Made by a program: the position numbers and the translations under genes
Assembly (NCBI GenBank): GCA_013239625.1
Contig: MU053881.1
Coordinates: 12,972,879 to 13,036,878, forward strand
Length of the DNA: 64,000 nucleotides
From: Lama guanicoe
Taxonomy: Eukaryota
Direction of reading: 5' to 3'
The notes under the pieces: model-generated
Seen by the model: the letters and a program-made list of their open reading frames with translations, nothing else
Database searches by the model: none
What the model was told of the DNA's origin: nothing
Shown: in pieces, positions 50,571-64,000 of the stretch
Layout: the number at the start of each line of letters is the position of its first letter
Position numbering within the stretch: position 1 is the stretch's first letter

Positions 50571-52356
50571 AAAAAAAACAAAACCCAAGCCCTAGGTAGA
50601 TTTAGCAATTATCAGAGAATTGGGAACAACCTTCCCTGGAGGAAATGACATCTCTCTAAAGTAAGTGGAAACTGTTGAGCAAGAATGCATGTTGAGGGAG
50701 AGGAGTCTAGGGATTGGGATTGTATGTAAAACCCAGCGTCAAGAGAAAGCTTAGCGTTCATGAGAGTATTGGGAGATCTGTAGGTGTGAAGAATGCGTGG
50801 ACTAAAGACAGTTAAGCATAAGGCATAGAGAAAAGCCTCAATTTGTAGTCAGGAGTCATATTGTAGAGGACCTGATAAGGCACTTTAGGACTGGGGATTT
50901 TATGTTAAGCATAATGGAAAGCCATTTAGAGTCTCAGAAATAATTTCTGAATAAATGTTGAATAAATGACTAAAGACAATATTACTAGAGGCAATATTAT
51001 ATTAGTATATGTATAAAATTCTTTGAGGAATGTCATAAGAGACTTCAGTATCTATATACAATTGTTGGTTTTCAGCACATATTCCTACCAGCCCTTTAAA
51101 CCACATTTTATTCTGTGGCCTTTATGTAGTATGAGATGATAAACACTTGGGCAATTTATAAAGAAAAGAGACTAAGACTACTTTAAAGACAGATCTCTCT
51201 CCTTATTTTCTCTCATTTCCTGCTAAAATCCAGTAGTAAAACCTCGATCCATTGGGAAGTGAGAGGGGAAAGGAACTCTGATGTGGTCCATGCAAGTCAG
51301 CCGCCAGGGCTGGAGAGCAGGGTGGGAAGGATGGGGCGGGACTGGAGCTAGAGTGAGGACTTGAGCTGCGTCCCTTATTAAACTGGTGTTCTGGCTGCTT
51401 TTCTAATTCCATCCTTGTCCTAGCCCTGGGATTTGGGAATGAATCTGGATTTTTAGCTGCGTAAAGCCAGAAATATCCTCATTAATGAAAGATACTTAGC
51501 ATACCTAAATTTGAACACTTTATAGTTATGTATCCTCAGTTAAGTTACTCCGTCCTTTCTACACCTTATTGTCCTCACGTACAAAATGCAGTTTCTCTGA
51601 AGGGTCATAAGGAACAATGTAGGTAAAATGCTTTGGGTAGTAGATAGAACATTGTCAGTGTAATGCTCAGAAAATAGTGGAGAGTATTTGTATTATGCTG
51701 ATTTTGGATTGGAATTAGTTTAAGTGTTTACTCAGGCTTGCTATGTGTTTTTGTTCTTTGAAACTTGGTGTCTTTCAAGGGGTACAGGTCACGAGGGGTT
51801 TTAAGCCACTAGAGCAAGTAGTGGGGAGAGATACTTAGGAAGTAAGGGGCTATCATGTGTGTTTTCATCGTACTGCCTCGAGATATGACATATCCAGTTT
51901 CAGTAAATATGAAGATAATGTTCTAGTTACAAGAAATGATTCAAAGAATATGAACATATTCTCTGCCCACTGGGAGCTTACAGGCAATTTATAAACATTA
52001 GAAGTGTTATCCTATGAAGTAAGGCTATGTTCTTAGAATTTAAATTCTCTGTTGAATTTTTCTTCCTGAGGCCAAAATGAGGAGTTTTACAGCATAAAAT
52101 GATTAAAAAATCAAAGTTTAAGATTCATAACATTTTCCAAATCAATAGGAGAATTTGGAATTATTTAATGCAGAATAACTCCAAATCCTCCCATTGGTAG
52201 GTGTAGCCTATCAAACAGTTTTTGAAGGCAAATTGAAGACTATGCTACAATATACATAAAAGTTCCATAATGGTCTATTACAGTGCTTTGGCATCAGAAA
52301 GAAATCCATGATACTCAGCTAAGTTAGCTAAGAGTGCAGAGTTGCTGGAGAATACA

Positions 52357-52370
52357 GTTACCATGGCAAC
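52357..52370. promoter_or_regulatory. Consensus RFX X-box GTTACCATGGCAAC
   Basis: Exact match to GTNRCC-N(0-3)-RGYAAC in apparently non-repeat sequence; function untested. Confidence 0.45.
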
Positions 52371-53959
52371 CAGATTTGAGATTTCCAAGGTGGATTTTAT
52401 CCTAAGGCTCCTGTCTTGGGAATGAATACATGCAAGTAATTAGATAGCTAAATTGCCGAGACAGCATATGAGAAACACAAGCATATTTAAGGAAAAATCT
52501 GTCCCAAATATAAATCATCATCAGTTGCAAACAGAATCAGAGTAAAACCAGACTACTGCACTGAGCAGTGACTTGCATTTTATACCCTTCTGTGTGAAGG
52601 TTTGGGTCCTTTCCTTTCACCTAGAGCTATAATACTCCTTTTTGAGATTGTTACTGAATTGCATAGAAATGTGACCATACAGAGAGTTTCCTTATCTGTA
52701 CAAGGAAAGCCTTGGAGTAGATGACGTTCCACTATCCTAATTAGTTGGATGCTGTTGCTTTAGAATTCCAGACCTTAGCAGTAGTTTGAAGAGGCTTCTT
52801 CCATTCTTCCTCAGGAGATTTAAATGTTCTCTCAGTTGACACGCGTCTTAGGCGTGGGATAACTTGGGGCAAGTGTGAAATACCTGTTCAAATTAGCTTA
52901 AGCCAGGGAAAAAAGGGACATTTATTAGAATTCAAGTGTTAGCATACAGGCTTCGAGGCCAGGAAGTGCTGTCAAATCTGAATAATGGCGAGGATTGGAA
53001 CTGGAAAGCCATCTTCAACTTGGCCGCCTCTCTCTCTCTGATCATTATCATGTCTTTTCTCTACTTCCCTTTCTGCATTTGCTTTTTCTTTTCTCTCTGT
53101 TGCCAACTTTTCTTTTGTGGCTCTACTTGCATAGGGGGCCAACCTGCTTGTCCCATACTAAGATCTACATTACACCCCAGTTCAGACTCTGGGGTACGAT
53201 ATCAGTAGATACTGTCTTGGCACTGGTTTCCAAATGTTTATTTGTGAGGTGTTATTTGCGAGCCCATGGTTTGCAACTCATGTACTCCTCAGGCCCCATG
53301 CTGCAACCACTGCATGCGTGCGGCCATTCACTCCTGCTTGGAACACTGTTGCTACTCTTGCTTGTGGCCATTGCATGTTAATTCAAAATAGAATGGCCTG
53401 TGGTCAGTGAATCCTGTTGCTGCGAATCATACCAGGAACTCCCTAAAAGGATGTTGAAACGTAAAAGTGATCTCTTAAGATCCCACTCTGCCAGAATAGA
53501 AGTTATAGCCGTGCTCAAGAATGGGCAGGAAGCCCACCTCCACACTGCAGCACCCACCCCAGGTTGAGAAAATAATTGGCACCCATGATACTAAAGAGTT
53601 GTAACCCCATCAATGAGCTGTTGTTGATGCCTGCGGCTGCACTTAATGAAAACAGTGGTAAGAATGGAAATAATCAACTCCTGGAAGCATCTAGACTATT
53701 TAGAATATTTTAGACCTATTTCTTATTACAGTTTTTCTGTGAGGCTTCAGGAGTCAAATGAAACTGCCACTGATAAATTCAACTTTGAATAGCACTCAGG
53801 AGAATGAGTCACTGGAGGATACCTAGAAAACTGTGTATCTGACCCTCAAGGCTGCAGAAGGAGGCTCCCCCTTTTCTGCTGTCCTCCAGGTCTCATGAGT
53901 GTCTCTTGTTGACAGATATTAAACGAGAGCCGTGTTAGGAAGTACGTCTGAACCACAGG

Positions 53960-54372
53960 CCCATGCAACTTCCTCATGCCCTGCAGACCTGATCAAACTG
54001 CATTTTAAATACTGCACTTCAGTTAGATGATACGGTGCTCTGTGGACTTCCACCTTGTGGCTTATCGATTCTGATAGGCAGCTCAGACTGCAGAGTTACT
54101 TGACGTTCCACGGTTGTTAAGTTCTCACCATCAAAGTCCTGGCAAATCAAAGCTTTCTTTGCAAAAAGGAGGATAGAAATTTGCAGAACTCATGACTTTG
54201 CTTCAAAAGCTACCAGTGTGTACTGTGTTTTTCTTATTAGAACTTGCCAGAGTTTCTATAGGGCATCTAGAATTGCCACCTACACTCCTGGCATCATTGC
54301 ATTTACTGAGTCATGCAGGTGAAGGTTCAGAGCAGCTTGCTCTGTGAGTAGACCAGCTTCAGGGCTTTTGTT
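53960..54372 (-). mobile_element. ERVL internal pol relic (RT connection/RNase H region)
   Basis: Reverse complement parallels HERV-L pol (caagctgctctg...gatgccctatagaaactctggcaag...ctgagctgcctatca); 52850-53950 is probably related LTR/internal sequence. Confidence 0.65.
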
Positions 54373-55239
54373 CAAACAGCTATGTTAAGAATCACAAGCA
54401 AATCTGATCAACAATTAATGTTACTCCAGTGTATTTAAAATATTAACAAAATGCCTAATTTCCTAGAAAATGTTCTAATATACCAAAACTTATTTCAGAA
54501 GAAATAGAAAACCCAAAATAGACTTTTTTTAACAAAAAGTATAAAGACTTTTTAAAGTTGTGTAACATAGGCAGAATTACTTAAGTCCATAAATTTTTTA
54601 AGAATTTCACATGTTGTGATTCTTTCCACTGCCCTTCACCTTAGTTCCTCCAATGTTTAAGTCATAATCTTCAAGATAGCCCTTTCAAAAAGAATTTTTG
54701 CTCAGTCCACAGTTGTTAGGTCAGTCAGTCCACAGATCTTTTAGTTGGGCTTCTTAGATCTTCAGTAGAACATGGACATATTTCTAAAACTCATCTATAA
54801 TCTTTGGGATCCAATTTCCTCAAGCAATTTACTTTAGGACTATATTAAGCCTCAGAGGGGATGGATCTGCCTGGTTCTGAATGTTAGACACCCTCTAAAC
54901 ATGCATTAAGTTCAAATTATATTTACTTCTAAGATATCACACCCTAAAACAGTAACTGATCATTGGAATATGCCAATACTTAAGATAAAAAAAAGTGTGA
55001 CCATTAGGTTTTTCATAGTTTATTTAGCAGTTCTGTTTTATAGTTCTTTCCCACAGATCTAACATGTAGTTCTGTGAGTAAAAGAAACCAGAGCTACTCT
55101 GTGAGGTGATTCCAATGATGTGGGTCTACAGAAAAAGCCCCATTGATAGACCTCAGCTAGACCCATTTTAATTAAAGCAATAGAATAATTTGTTTAAAAT
55201 AAATTCAAGAACATTTTACACACACACACACACATGTAC

Positions 55240-55700
55240 ACACATATACGTACAATGGAATATTACTCAGCCATAAAAAAGAATGGACTAATGCCATTTG
55301 CAGCAACACAAATGGACCTAGAGATTATCATATTAAGTGAAGTCAGAGAAAGACAAATATCATGTGATACCACTTAAGTGTAGACCCTGAAAGAAGGATA
55401 CAAATCTTATTTACAAACCAAAAATAGACTCACAGACATAGAAAACAAACAACGATCACCAAAGGGGAAACGTTTGGGGGGGATGAGTTAGGAGTTTGGC
55501 ATTAACAGATACATATTACTATATATAACACAGGTAAATGACAAAGACCTACTATATAACACAGGGAACTATATTCAGTTTCTTGTAATGACATATAATG
55601 GAAAAGAATCTGAAAAAAAATGTGTATGTATAACTGAATTGCTTTGCCGTACACCTGGAACTAACATTGTAAATCAACTGCAGTTCAATAAAAAAATTTT
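55240..55700 (+). mobile_element. L1 3' end (older artiodactyl subfamily), preceded by (CA)n
   Basis: caatggaatattactcagccataaaaaagaatg...ttcaataaaaaaa. Confidence 0.85.
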
Positions 55701-56051
55701 TAAAGATAAAATAAAAATTCAGGAGCATTGTAAAAATCCATCTATGTCCAGAGGCTTTATGGGTGAGTTTCACCAAATCTAGGAACAGAGCATGTTCATC
55801 TTTTAAAAAATTAAAAATTTATTTGTTAATATAAAAAGAAGGAACATTTTAGTTCATTCATGAAGTTATCATAGTCTTTATATACAAACTAGATAATCAT
55901 CATAGGAAAGAAAAATTACATGGCAACATCAACTAACATATTGAGAAATAGAAAAACAAAGCACTAATAAACAGAATTCAGTAACGTATTAAAATACACC
56001 CTGGGTAAAGTGAGGATTATTCCATAAAAATTTCCTAGTAAATTCACTTTT

Positions 56052-56410
56052 TGTGGCATGATTCAAGATATCCCCTGAAATCTGTTCTTTCTTCTATTGA
56101 CTTAAATTTGTGTCTAGGATGTAGTCACTTAGGTAGAAATTACATTTCCCAGCTGTTCTTGAAGTTAAGTGGCCAAGTGTTTGTGGATAGATTATGGGCT
56201 GATACGATAGGGCCAGTGCCTTTAGATAGTAGTTGTCCCTTCTTTATCTGAATGTAGCAAGGACCCAGCTAGACTGGGCAGATGAAGACAAAGTCATAGG
56301 GGATGCTGGAGGAAAGCTGATTTCAAGAAACCAATGTCTGCAGATGTTTAAGTAAAATAGAGCCTTTTGCTAGTCTGGACTGCTTAACTTAGACTTGCTT
56401 GTGATGGAGG
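56052..56410 (+). mobile_element. MLT1I/J-like LTR
   Basis: tacatttcccagc...ggactgcttaactt motifs. Confidence 0.45.
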
Positions 56411-57256
56411 AAAATTTTGGGGATTGATATGTATGTGAGTAGAACCATACGCACATATGTATCTTCATGGATTCACTAAAATATTTTTTAAATTATTTAA
56501 CTCTTAACATGTTATAAGTTGTCACCTAAGATTTTTCACACACGTTTGATAGTTCCAAAATAGGTTTTCTGATTATTTGCTTATAGTGTATTGGCTTTTA
56601 ATACATCCTTTAATGAAAATTTTGTATCTGCATATTTTACTTATTCACTTTATGGAGATACTTGTCATATAAAACAAGAGTAGAGAATTTTTAAGTCAGA
56701 TTAACATGTCACATACTATACCTAGTTTTTCTCATGTGAATTTGAGAAAAAGAGACAGAGTTATGGGTGGGTGGGTGGATGGAAAATAGGTAGACAGTCA
56801 GACGGAGAGACAGAGAGAGCTCACATCAGGAGCCTTTGAAAGTCAGAATCCTGCCGTAATTCTGTGCAGCACTAATGCTTCAGTGTTTCTCATGGATTTC
56901 TGATGTTTTGTTTGTTCTCTTGGGTCTCTTTGTAGCAATTATGCACTCCAGAACTGTCCCTCTGTTCAGTGCTTGTATGATTTATACCTAAGAACAATGC
57001 GTCCTGGCAAGATTCATCAGACAGGGGAAATGCTAATCCTTTACAAAGTGGGGAAAAAGGCAACTGTGAAAGCAGACATAGATATGGAGAACTGATTTTC
57101 AGGAATATCACCTTTATGAAAGGCCTTCTTTTGGAAGTTGAGGATCTGGGTATGTAGTTCTATAAAATCATGCATGCCTGTAGATCCCCTGGATGGTTTG
57201 TGTGTGGATCCTCAGGGGACAACTCCTTCTATTTGAAGAGTGATTTATGGACTAGG

Positions 57257-57430
57257 TCAGTGCTTCAGATAATGTGGTGTGTAGATCACGTTCCCTAGAA
57301 ATACCAAGAAAGTTTATTAAAAGTAAAGATATTGGAGCTCTAGCTCCAAATATGATCCATTAATCTGGGAGGTGAGGCCACAGAATCAGGTTTAATGCTG
57401 TCCAGGTAATCCTGATGCAGGTAGCCTGCT
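57257..57430. mobile_element. MER5-like hAT MITE
   Basis: cagtgcttc...ccaggtaatcctgatgcagg. Confidence 0.5.
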
Positions 57431-58065
57431 CTAGTCCAAACACAGAAAAAGCAATATAAAAGGAAACCACAATCTTTTTCCTGTGTCTCAACATACATCA
57501 AAGGAGATTCACATCTTAACTCCAGTGATATTTCTCAAATATGCCATTCCTTCTTCCAGACTCCGTCATACTCAGACTAACTCTGTTCCTTTCACTCACC
57601 ACTGACATCGCCCACCACCCGGCAAGGCAAGCTCACTAGACAGTAAGCATGCTGGCCCCACCCGCTCCCGTTCTTGGTTATGTGGATTGAACTCTCAGTG
57701 TCCTTCCTTTTCCTCTCTCAGCTCTTTCCATTTTTATCTCTCAGGTCTATGACAGTGCATCACAAATACCCAAGGATCATGAGGGCAAGAATAGATTTGC
57801 CTCCACAGACAGACAATAGGCAGTCTTTTTGCTGCACAGGATGTTGGATTTGTTACCTTTCTTCCAGCTCCAGAAACCTCAGTGACTGAAAACGACTTCA
57901 TGGGAGAAACAGTTCAGAGATTCTAAGCGTGGCATGAACCAAAAAATTAACATATGAAAATTCACAGGCTCACTGCACCTTTCTAAGTGCCCTGCACACA
58001 CAATTCTATGAACTTATGAGAGAGGTGTTTTCTGTCGCTCAAGTTACGAGACTTGGATTTCCTTT

Positions 58066-58147
58066 TATATATATATATATAATATATATATTCTCTGATA
58101 TATATATATATCTATATATATATATATATATAGATATATATATATAT
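58066..58147. repeat. Interrupted (TA)n microsatellite
   Basis: Read directly from the sequence. Confidence 0.95.
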
Positions 58148-58264
58148 CAGAGAAATGTGCAGAGAAAAATGAAGGAAATTCAGTTTGGAAGCTGGATTTA
58201 TTTCCATGTGAACTGACAGAGCTGTCTCCCTAAGAGAAACGTAGACTTGCAGAGTCTTGCAGAC

Positions 58265-58660
58265 TGGGCTCTCTCGACTTCATGTCTAGTGTAAGAGGTT
58301 TATTAAGGTTGAAACCATGAAGGGAAAGGTGAGGAAGCAGGATTGGGCAAAGGGAGAACTCTGATTCGTGCAGGTCTAACAAAGCTTCAACGAACCCCAC
58401 CGGGTTGGATCTTTAGGGTGTATATGAACAGAGTTGTCCCACCTTGGGCTGAAATGACTGGGGCAGGGCATTTGTGCCCGCCATGTCTCTCAAACACCAG
58501 ATATGAACTTCCCTGGGGAAGACAAGAGCTGGAAAGAAGAGAGTCTCTGAAGCTGGGGCAGCCCCTGAATAAGCCTCCATCTGAAAGCTGCCCTCTGACC
58601 CCACTCCCTGAACTCGTCAGCAAGCACTTCCATGGGGGGTGGATTGGGCCACGCGTCTCC
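58265..58660 (-). mobile_element. LTR16-like ERVL LTR
   Basis: gaggtttatt...ggaagcaggattgggcaaagggagaa...gagttgtccc. Confidence 0.65.
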
Positions 58661-58959
58661 AAGTTCGTCTTGAAAAAGAGCAGTCAAATGAAAGAGGGAC
58701 AAAGAGAAAACCTGAAGCGGTTCTGAAAATGGAGATAGAGGAGCAATTTTGAAAAGGGCGTGAGAAATGGAAAAAGCATTTATGCTGGAGTGCCTTTGTT
58801 TTAGGCGAGAGAGATGATGAAACAAAATGCTGGGATCTTCTGTGCTCAGTTCACTTTAATCCCCCATTAACCTTTTTTTTTTTTTAAGACCCATAAGTAA
58901 ATACTTATTCCTTTCCGTTCTTCGTGTGTCTGTGACAGTAAGTATAGGTAGGCTAAATT

Positions 58960-59440
58960 CCAGCTATCTATTGATAGCAAATAGATTGTCATTCCCTTGC
59001 TTCACACTCTTCAGTGACTTTTCATGATCCTCGCAATATAATCCCTCCTTCCTAAAATGACAGACAAGGTCTGTAGTTTTCACCTTTTGCCCTCTCTCTC
59101 CACGGTCCGTCTCACAGTCTGCACTCTGGCCATCGTGGAGGCTTGGCTGGCATCCTCTCTTCCTTCCGGCTTTGCACACGTGCCTCTTGTTCTGTTTGAA
59201 TCACTTCTCCTCACTTAGTTTCCTCATGCTCCAGGTTTCAACTTAAATACCACCTCCTCGGGGAGCCTTTCCTGACCCCCAGCACCCCGACTGCACTCTC
59301 CACCACAGCTATACTTCCCCTCTCAGAACATTCGTAATACTCCCAATTATTTGTTTATGTCAATTCCTACATTGTCTGAGGAGCTGAAAATATTATGAGG
59401 GCAGGGAGGCATCTGTTTGGCTCGTCACTTTATCCTAAGG
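58960..59440 (+). mobile_element. L2 fragment
   Basis: caacttaaataccacctcctcgggagcctttcctgacc. Confidence 0.6.
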
Positions 59441-61459
59441 ATTTTATGTGAGAAAGGATTATTTGGGGGGGGGATTAATCACAAGCAAGTGCTCATGGTA
59501 GAGGATTCTAAAAAGAACAGCTGAAGTGTTGAACAGAACTAAAGTATTGATACTTCGGGGGGAACTGGAATAGATGAGCAATTATTATTATAATAGTTAT
59601 GATCATCGTTAACACAATAGTGGTGCTTACTCCATGTCAGGTATTATTTTAATTCTCACAACAATCAGGGACAATCTGTGTACGTGGAATGGATATAACA
59701 GTTCTTTACATCTACCTTTCTTCAGATGCGGGAACTAAACAGCAGAGAGGTTAAGTAACTTTCCTAGTTTCACACACTTTGTAAGTATTTCAGGCCAAAG
59801 ATGGAACCCTGGCTCTTACGCAATATTCCATGACACCTCTTTGTATTTGAGTTTGCCGTCCATAGTAACAATAGAAGGGGACAGCATTTCCTCCTTATTA
59901 GAACTGTTTCAATTAAAAAGCTCGAGGGTATTTAATTCTATGTTTTTACTGCTGACAAGTGGACTCCCCTCTTCATTCACTCTTATATCAGATATCTGAG
60001 TGGGCAGTTATCAGTTACCCTGGTCAGCTCTTAGCTGACCTTCTCTTATTCACAAAGGGAGTCTGCAGAGAGCATGGGCCATTTAACAGTGTCTTTTGAA
60101 GTTAGACAGTGCAAAGATTAAATGCATGGGCTATGGCAGAGATCGACTTGGGTTCAGCTGTCCTTGTTTTGGGGCAAAATATTTTGAACACATTTTCTCA
60201 ATTGTAAGTAAAGATGAGAATAATAAGGCCATCTTACAAGGTAACTTGAAGAATTAACGAGCCTAGTACTTGTCACAGCGTAAGTAAATGGCAGAGAGGA
60301 AAAGTCCATTTTATTTCTCTACTGTCGTCCAACATGTTTCCACGTTACCTGTTGTTCCAACTTAGAGCTGCTTGTTGTAAAGTGACGGTAGCTAATTTGA
60401 TCTATGGTAGTCAGTTGGATAACGGAATTTGAACAGAATTTATCTAATTGGTCATTACGATGGCTCTAGCCAGTTATGCTCTTAAGTTTATGTTCAAGAT
60501 TATAGTGACTAAGCAGTGCAATTGCTGATACTTTTATGCCCAAGGTAAACTCTAAGGAATTTCAGAACAATGAGCCTTTGATACATGTGGCATAGAGAAC
60601 TCAGTAGCGATAACTTGCTATGAATTCTTGACCAAAATGAAATTGACTATGATGAGAATTTTATCAGGGAAAAAGAAAAATTTTGTACATCCGATTGGTG
60701 TTCTGTGCATGTCTCCATATTCTATTAGTTTGTACATTGTTTGCATGAGTTTAGACTTTTACATCTAAAACTGAAGGAATTAACATAATGCAACATCTGC
60801 TGTTAGATTATTTATTTTGCCAGTGTTTTAACCTCAGAACACAATATTGTGGTGATTACCACCTGTTTTTGTGTTTCAGTTAGTAGAATACTGTTGTAAT
60901 CTTTAGTCTTGGTGTTTTGTGAAGATAGTAAATAGTATATTGCTGTGTTAAACACACCGAACGATTCCAGACAATTAATTAGCATCTTCTGGATGGGACA
61001 GAACTCAGTAAATATGAGAAGGATCATAGACGTTGTGAGTATATGTGCTAACTAATATCACTTCTTGTGAGGTTAGTGTTGAAAAATATTAAGAAATAAT
61101 AAGAGAAATTAAGATTTGAGAAGGAGCTCACAAAAATCTATTATGGCTCTCATACTAACCCAGCCTAAGGTTCTATTTCCACATGATTTCAAAACAACAA
61201 AGACCATGAGCAGTAAGAAATAGAAAACAGGAACAGAACCATCCAGAAGAAAATAGGTCAACAGGTTTCAGTTTCTGTGTCTTTCGCTATCTTGTTTTGT
61301 TTTGTCTTCACTACGGAAAAAATAGTTGAGTGGCTGAATTGTTCATTCTGTTGCCAGTCTTGTGGTTAAGATGTTCCATAGCTTTTTGAACCTTAGAAAT
61401 CAGCTTGCTGGAGCCTTTGTCTACTGTCTAAACAGTGTGTTGTCTACTATGTAAACAGA

Positions 61460-61860
61460 GGTCAGTAGCTGCCCATGAAACGTTCTTACTTATTCCATCC
61501 GTAGTGTACAGCTGCGGCTGGCAAGTGGCTGGTTAGCTAGAAGCTACATTTCCCTTCATCTAGAGGGGGCCAAGTGACCAGTTCTTACCATTGCAATATG
61601 AGCTGTAGCGATGTGTTCTAATTCTGAACTAAGTTGGTTAACAAAATTGGGTTGGCCTTCTCCATACTCTTGCTCATCCTCCATCGGATTGCTGGATGCA
61701 AAAGATTTCAAGCCCCTAGTGATGGTGGAGCCATAAGATTGATTTACAAGGCTGCTCACTGACCAGGAATATCTGCGCAGGACTTATGTGAGCAAGCAGT
61801 CCACTTACAGGTGTGTGCCACTGAAATGTGGTGCTGTGTTTATTACAGTAACTAGAATTT
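61460..61860 (+). mobile_element. MLT1I/J-like LTR
   Basis: ctacatttccc...gtgaccagttct...gccactgaaatgtgg...ttattacag. Confidence 0.55.
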
Positions 61861-63550
61861 TCACGTGATCATTGTCACTAGTATTGAGATTACGATGGTG
61901 CCCTGGCTATTCACAATTAGATTTTTTGCTGCCAAATTTGATTGAACACTACAGATAAGTCTTACAAAGTGCAGTTCTAGAGATAACATTCTTTTTAATC
62001 ATCTGCCTATTCCTGTAAAAAAAAATTATATATTATATGGATATATAATATATGTATTATGTATTACATATATATTCAGTGCCTTTCGTGATAAAGTGCC
62101 AACAATGCAGAAGTAAATAGTTTAGACAGGGCATCTATTTCCAATCTAATAGGGAAAACAGATATTACCCAATTATTTACTATTACAATGAGTGCTATAA
62201 GGGAAACAAAACAAAACAGGAGCTATAAAAGAGTGAGCTCAATGGTCTACCCTAATCTGGAGGTGGGGTGACCAAGTAAATGATATTTAAGCTCTTTAAG
62301 AAATGAGCCAGATAAAGAGCGGTAATAAAGACAGGAGAAGAGAGAGAACGGAATGTGAGAAGGCCTTGAAATGTGAAAAAGCTTGGTGCTTCGGAAGTTT
62401 GTGGCCGTGCCAGGGCACTCTGTGTGTTCAAGTAGTAAGGTTCTCCCATGTAATAAGCACTACATTGTCACTCAGCCAGTAAACAGCTAGTAAGTACAGA
62501 TCTGCTGTCATGTACACAGCCGACTCCTTGGTAGAAGAGGGGACGGATGTAAGCATGTATAAGGAAGGGTCCTGACATCGAAGGTGGTATAATCTGCCAG
62601 GGCGTCAACATTAACACTCACACAACAAAGAATATCACGTGTCACATAATCAGATTTGGTTTCCTGTTTATTGCTAGCATTCATGCACACACAGAGCTAA
62701 GTGAGTACTTTCTTGGATTTGTATGCAGGCTCTGGGGCAGAAAAAATGTTAGCCTGTAACTAAGCTGGAATGCTGTGACCTTTGATTTAGCATTGGTTGA
62801 TTGCCTCGTAAAAGAGGCCACATGTGCCGAGAGGCAGAGCAGAGGGTCGGGGGATCAGGAATGAAAACAAGATGATGGTCCTCCTTCGACTCCTAGATCC
62901 AGTTGTACTATACTAACTATCTAACCTCTGAATAATCTATCTTAACTCTCCTCTCCTTCTCCTCCTTTGTCCGTGTTCCTCTTCCTTTTCTTCATCCTCC
63001 TCTTTCATCAGGTTTGAGTGTGTCAATGGAAAGCATACGCCCAAAATAGTGCCAGGCTACACAGAGCCCTATAAATCAGAAAAAAAAGGAACTTAGTAGT
63101 TGCAATTAGGCATAGAAAGTAAAGTTGGTTGCCCTGTCAAGTCAAGTTTCAGTATAAAAATTATGCCTTTCAAGGGGATATTCCTCATATATGAAGTCAT
63201 TTCACTGAATATATCCCAGAAAAAGTTTTAGAATTAATACAGTGCACTTTATAAAAGTTGCTGAATGCATCAAAGAAATGCTTTGACTTATTAATAGATA
63301 CATGACACCGTATGCATCCTTTAATTAAAAACTCTGTAAAATATAAGTGCTGAGGCATTTGTTTCATAAAATATAAATGAGTTCCAGTAGAAAGCTTCTT
63401 TCATTCTTTTCCCATTTTTTTAATGACCTACATACTGTACACCAAAAGTATATACTTCCTGGAACCTAAGCCAAAAGGACAGTAGTTTGAGCAATTGATG
63501 TAGCATTTTACACCTAACTTTTATTGTATATATAAAAGTTTATCTTAAAG

Positions 63551-63975
63551 TTTTATTATATATATATATTTGTATAGAGAGAAAGAGTCAGTTTACAATG
63601 TTGTGTCACTTTCTGGCGTACAGCATAATGCTTCAGTCGTACATGAACATACATATATTTGTTTTCATATTCTTTTTTACCATAAGTTACTACAAGAATT
63701 GAATATAGTTCCCTGTGCTGTACAGAAGAAACCTGTTGTATATCTGTTTTAAATACAGTAGTTAGTATCTGCAAATCTCAAACTCCCAGTTTATCCCGTC
63801 CCTCCCCTTTCCCCACCAATAACCATAAATTTGTTTTCTATGTCTGTGAGTCTCGTTCTGTTTTGTATATAAGTTTGTTTTTCTTCCCCTTGGGTTCCAC
63901 ATATAAGTGATATCATATGGTGTTTTTCTTTATCTTTCTGGCTTATTTCACTCAGAATGACAATCTCCAGATCCA
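63551..63975 (-). mobile_element. Young L1 3' end
   Basis: Reversed L1 3' UTR; ORF-track MDLEIVILSEISQ is the L1 ORF2 C-terminus. Confidence 0.85.
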
Positions 63976-64000
63976 TTTTACAGCTAACTTTTAATTATGA

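Noticed and set aside
1..64000. Prokaryotic systems (CRISPR arrays, operons, defence islands)
   Set aside because: The sequence is mammalian; no regularly spaced repeats or long intact ORFs.

Overview
AT-rich, repeat-rich mammalian DNA with no intact protein-coding gene; most ORF-track entries are noise from LINE, LTR and simple-repeat sequence. The repeat content points to a camelid (inference): young L1 3' ends, a tRNA-Ala(AGC)-derived Vic-1-like SINE, artiodactyl-type Tigger2 and MER41-like LTR, and no Alu, Bov-A/BovB, PRE1, CAN or ERE SINEs. The main observation is a heavily decayed, intron-containing pseudogene on the minus strand at about 2,768-17,012. Manual translation gives, in collinear order and mostly between splice-site-like borders, four tandem modules of [S1-S4 voltage sensor, S5-pore-S6, C-linker, cyclic-nucleotide-binding domain]. 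That is the single-chain four-repeat architecture of CNGK/tetraKCNG sperm K+ channels, which I know from sea urchin and fish, not as an intact eutherian gene. The matches were made by eye against remembered CNGA/HCN/KCNH sequences and need tBLASTn/HMM confirmation. Also present: weaker signs of a second decayed coding gene on the plus strand (about 20-39 kb), a twin-primed 5'-inverted L1 with a 13-bp TSD, an ERVL pol relic and a consensus RFX X-box.
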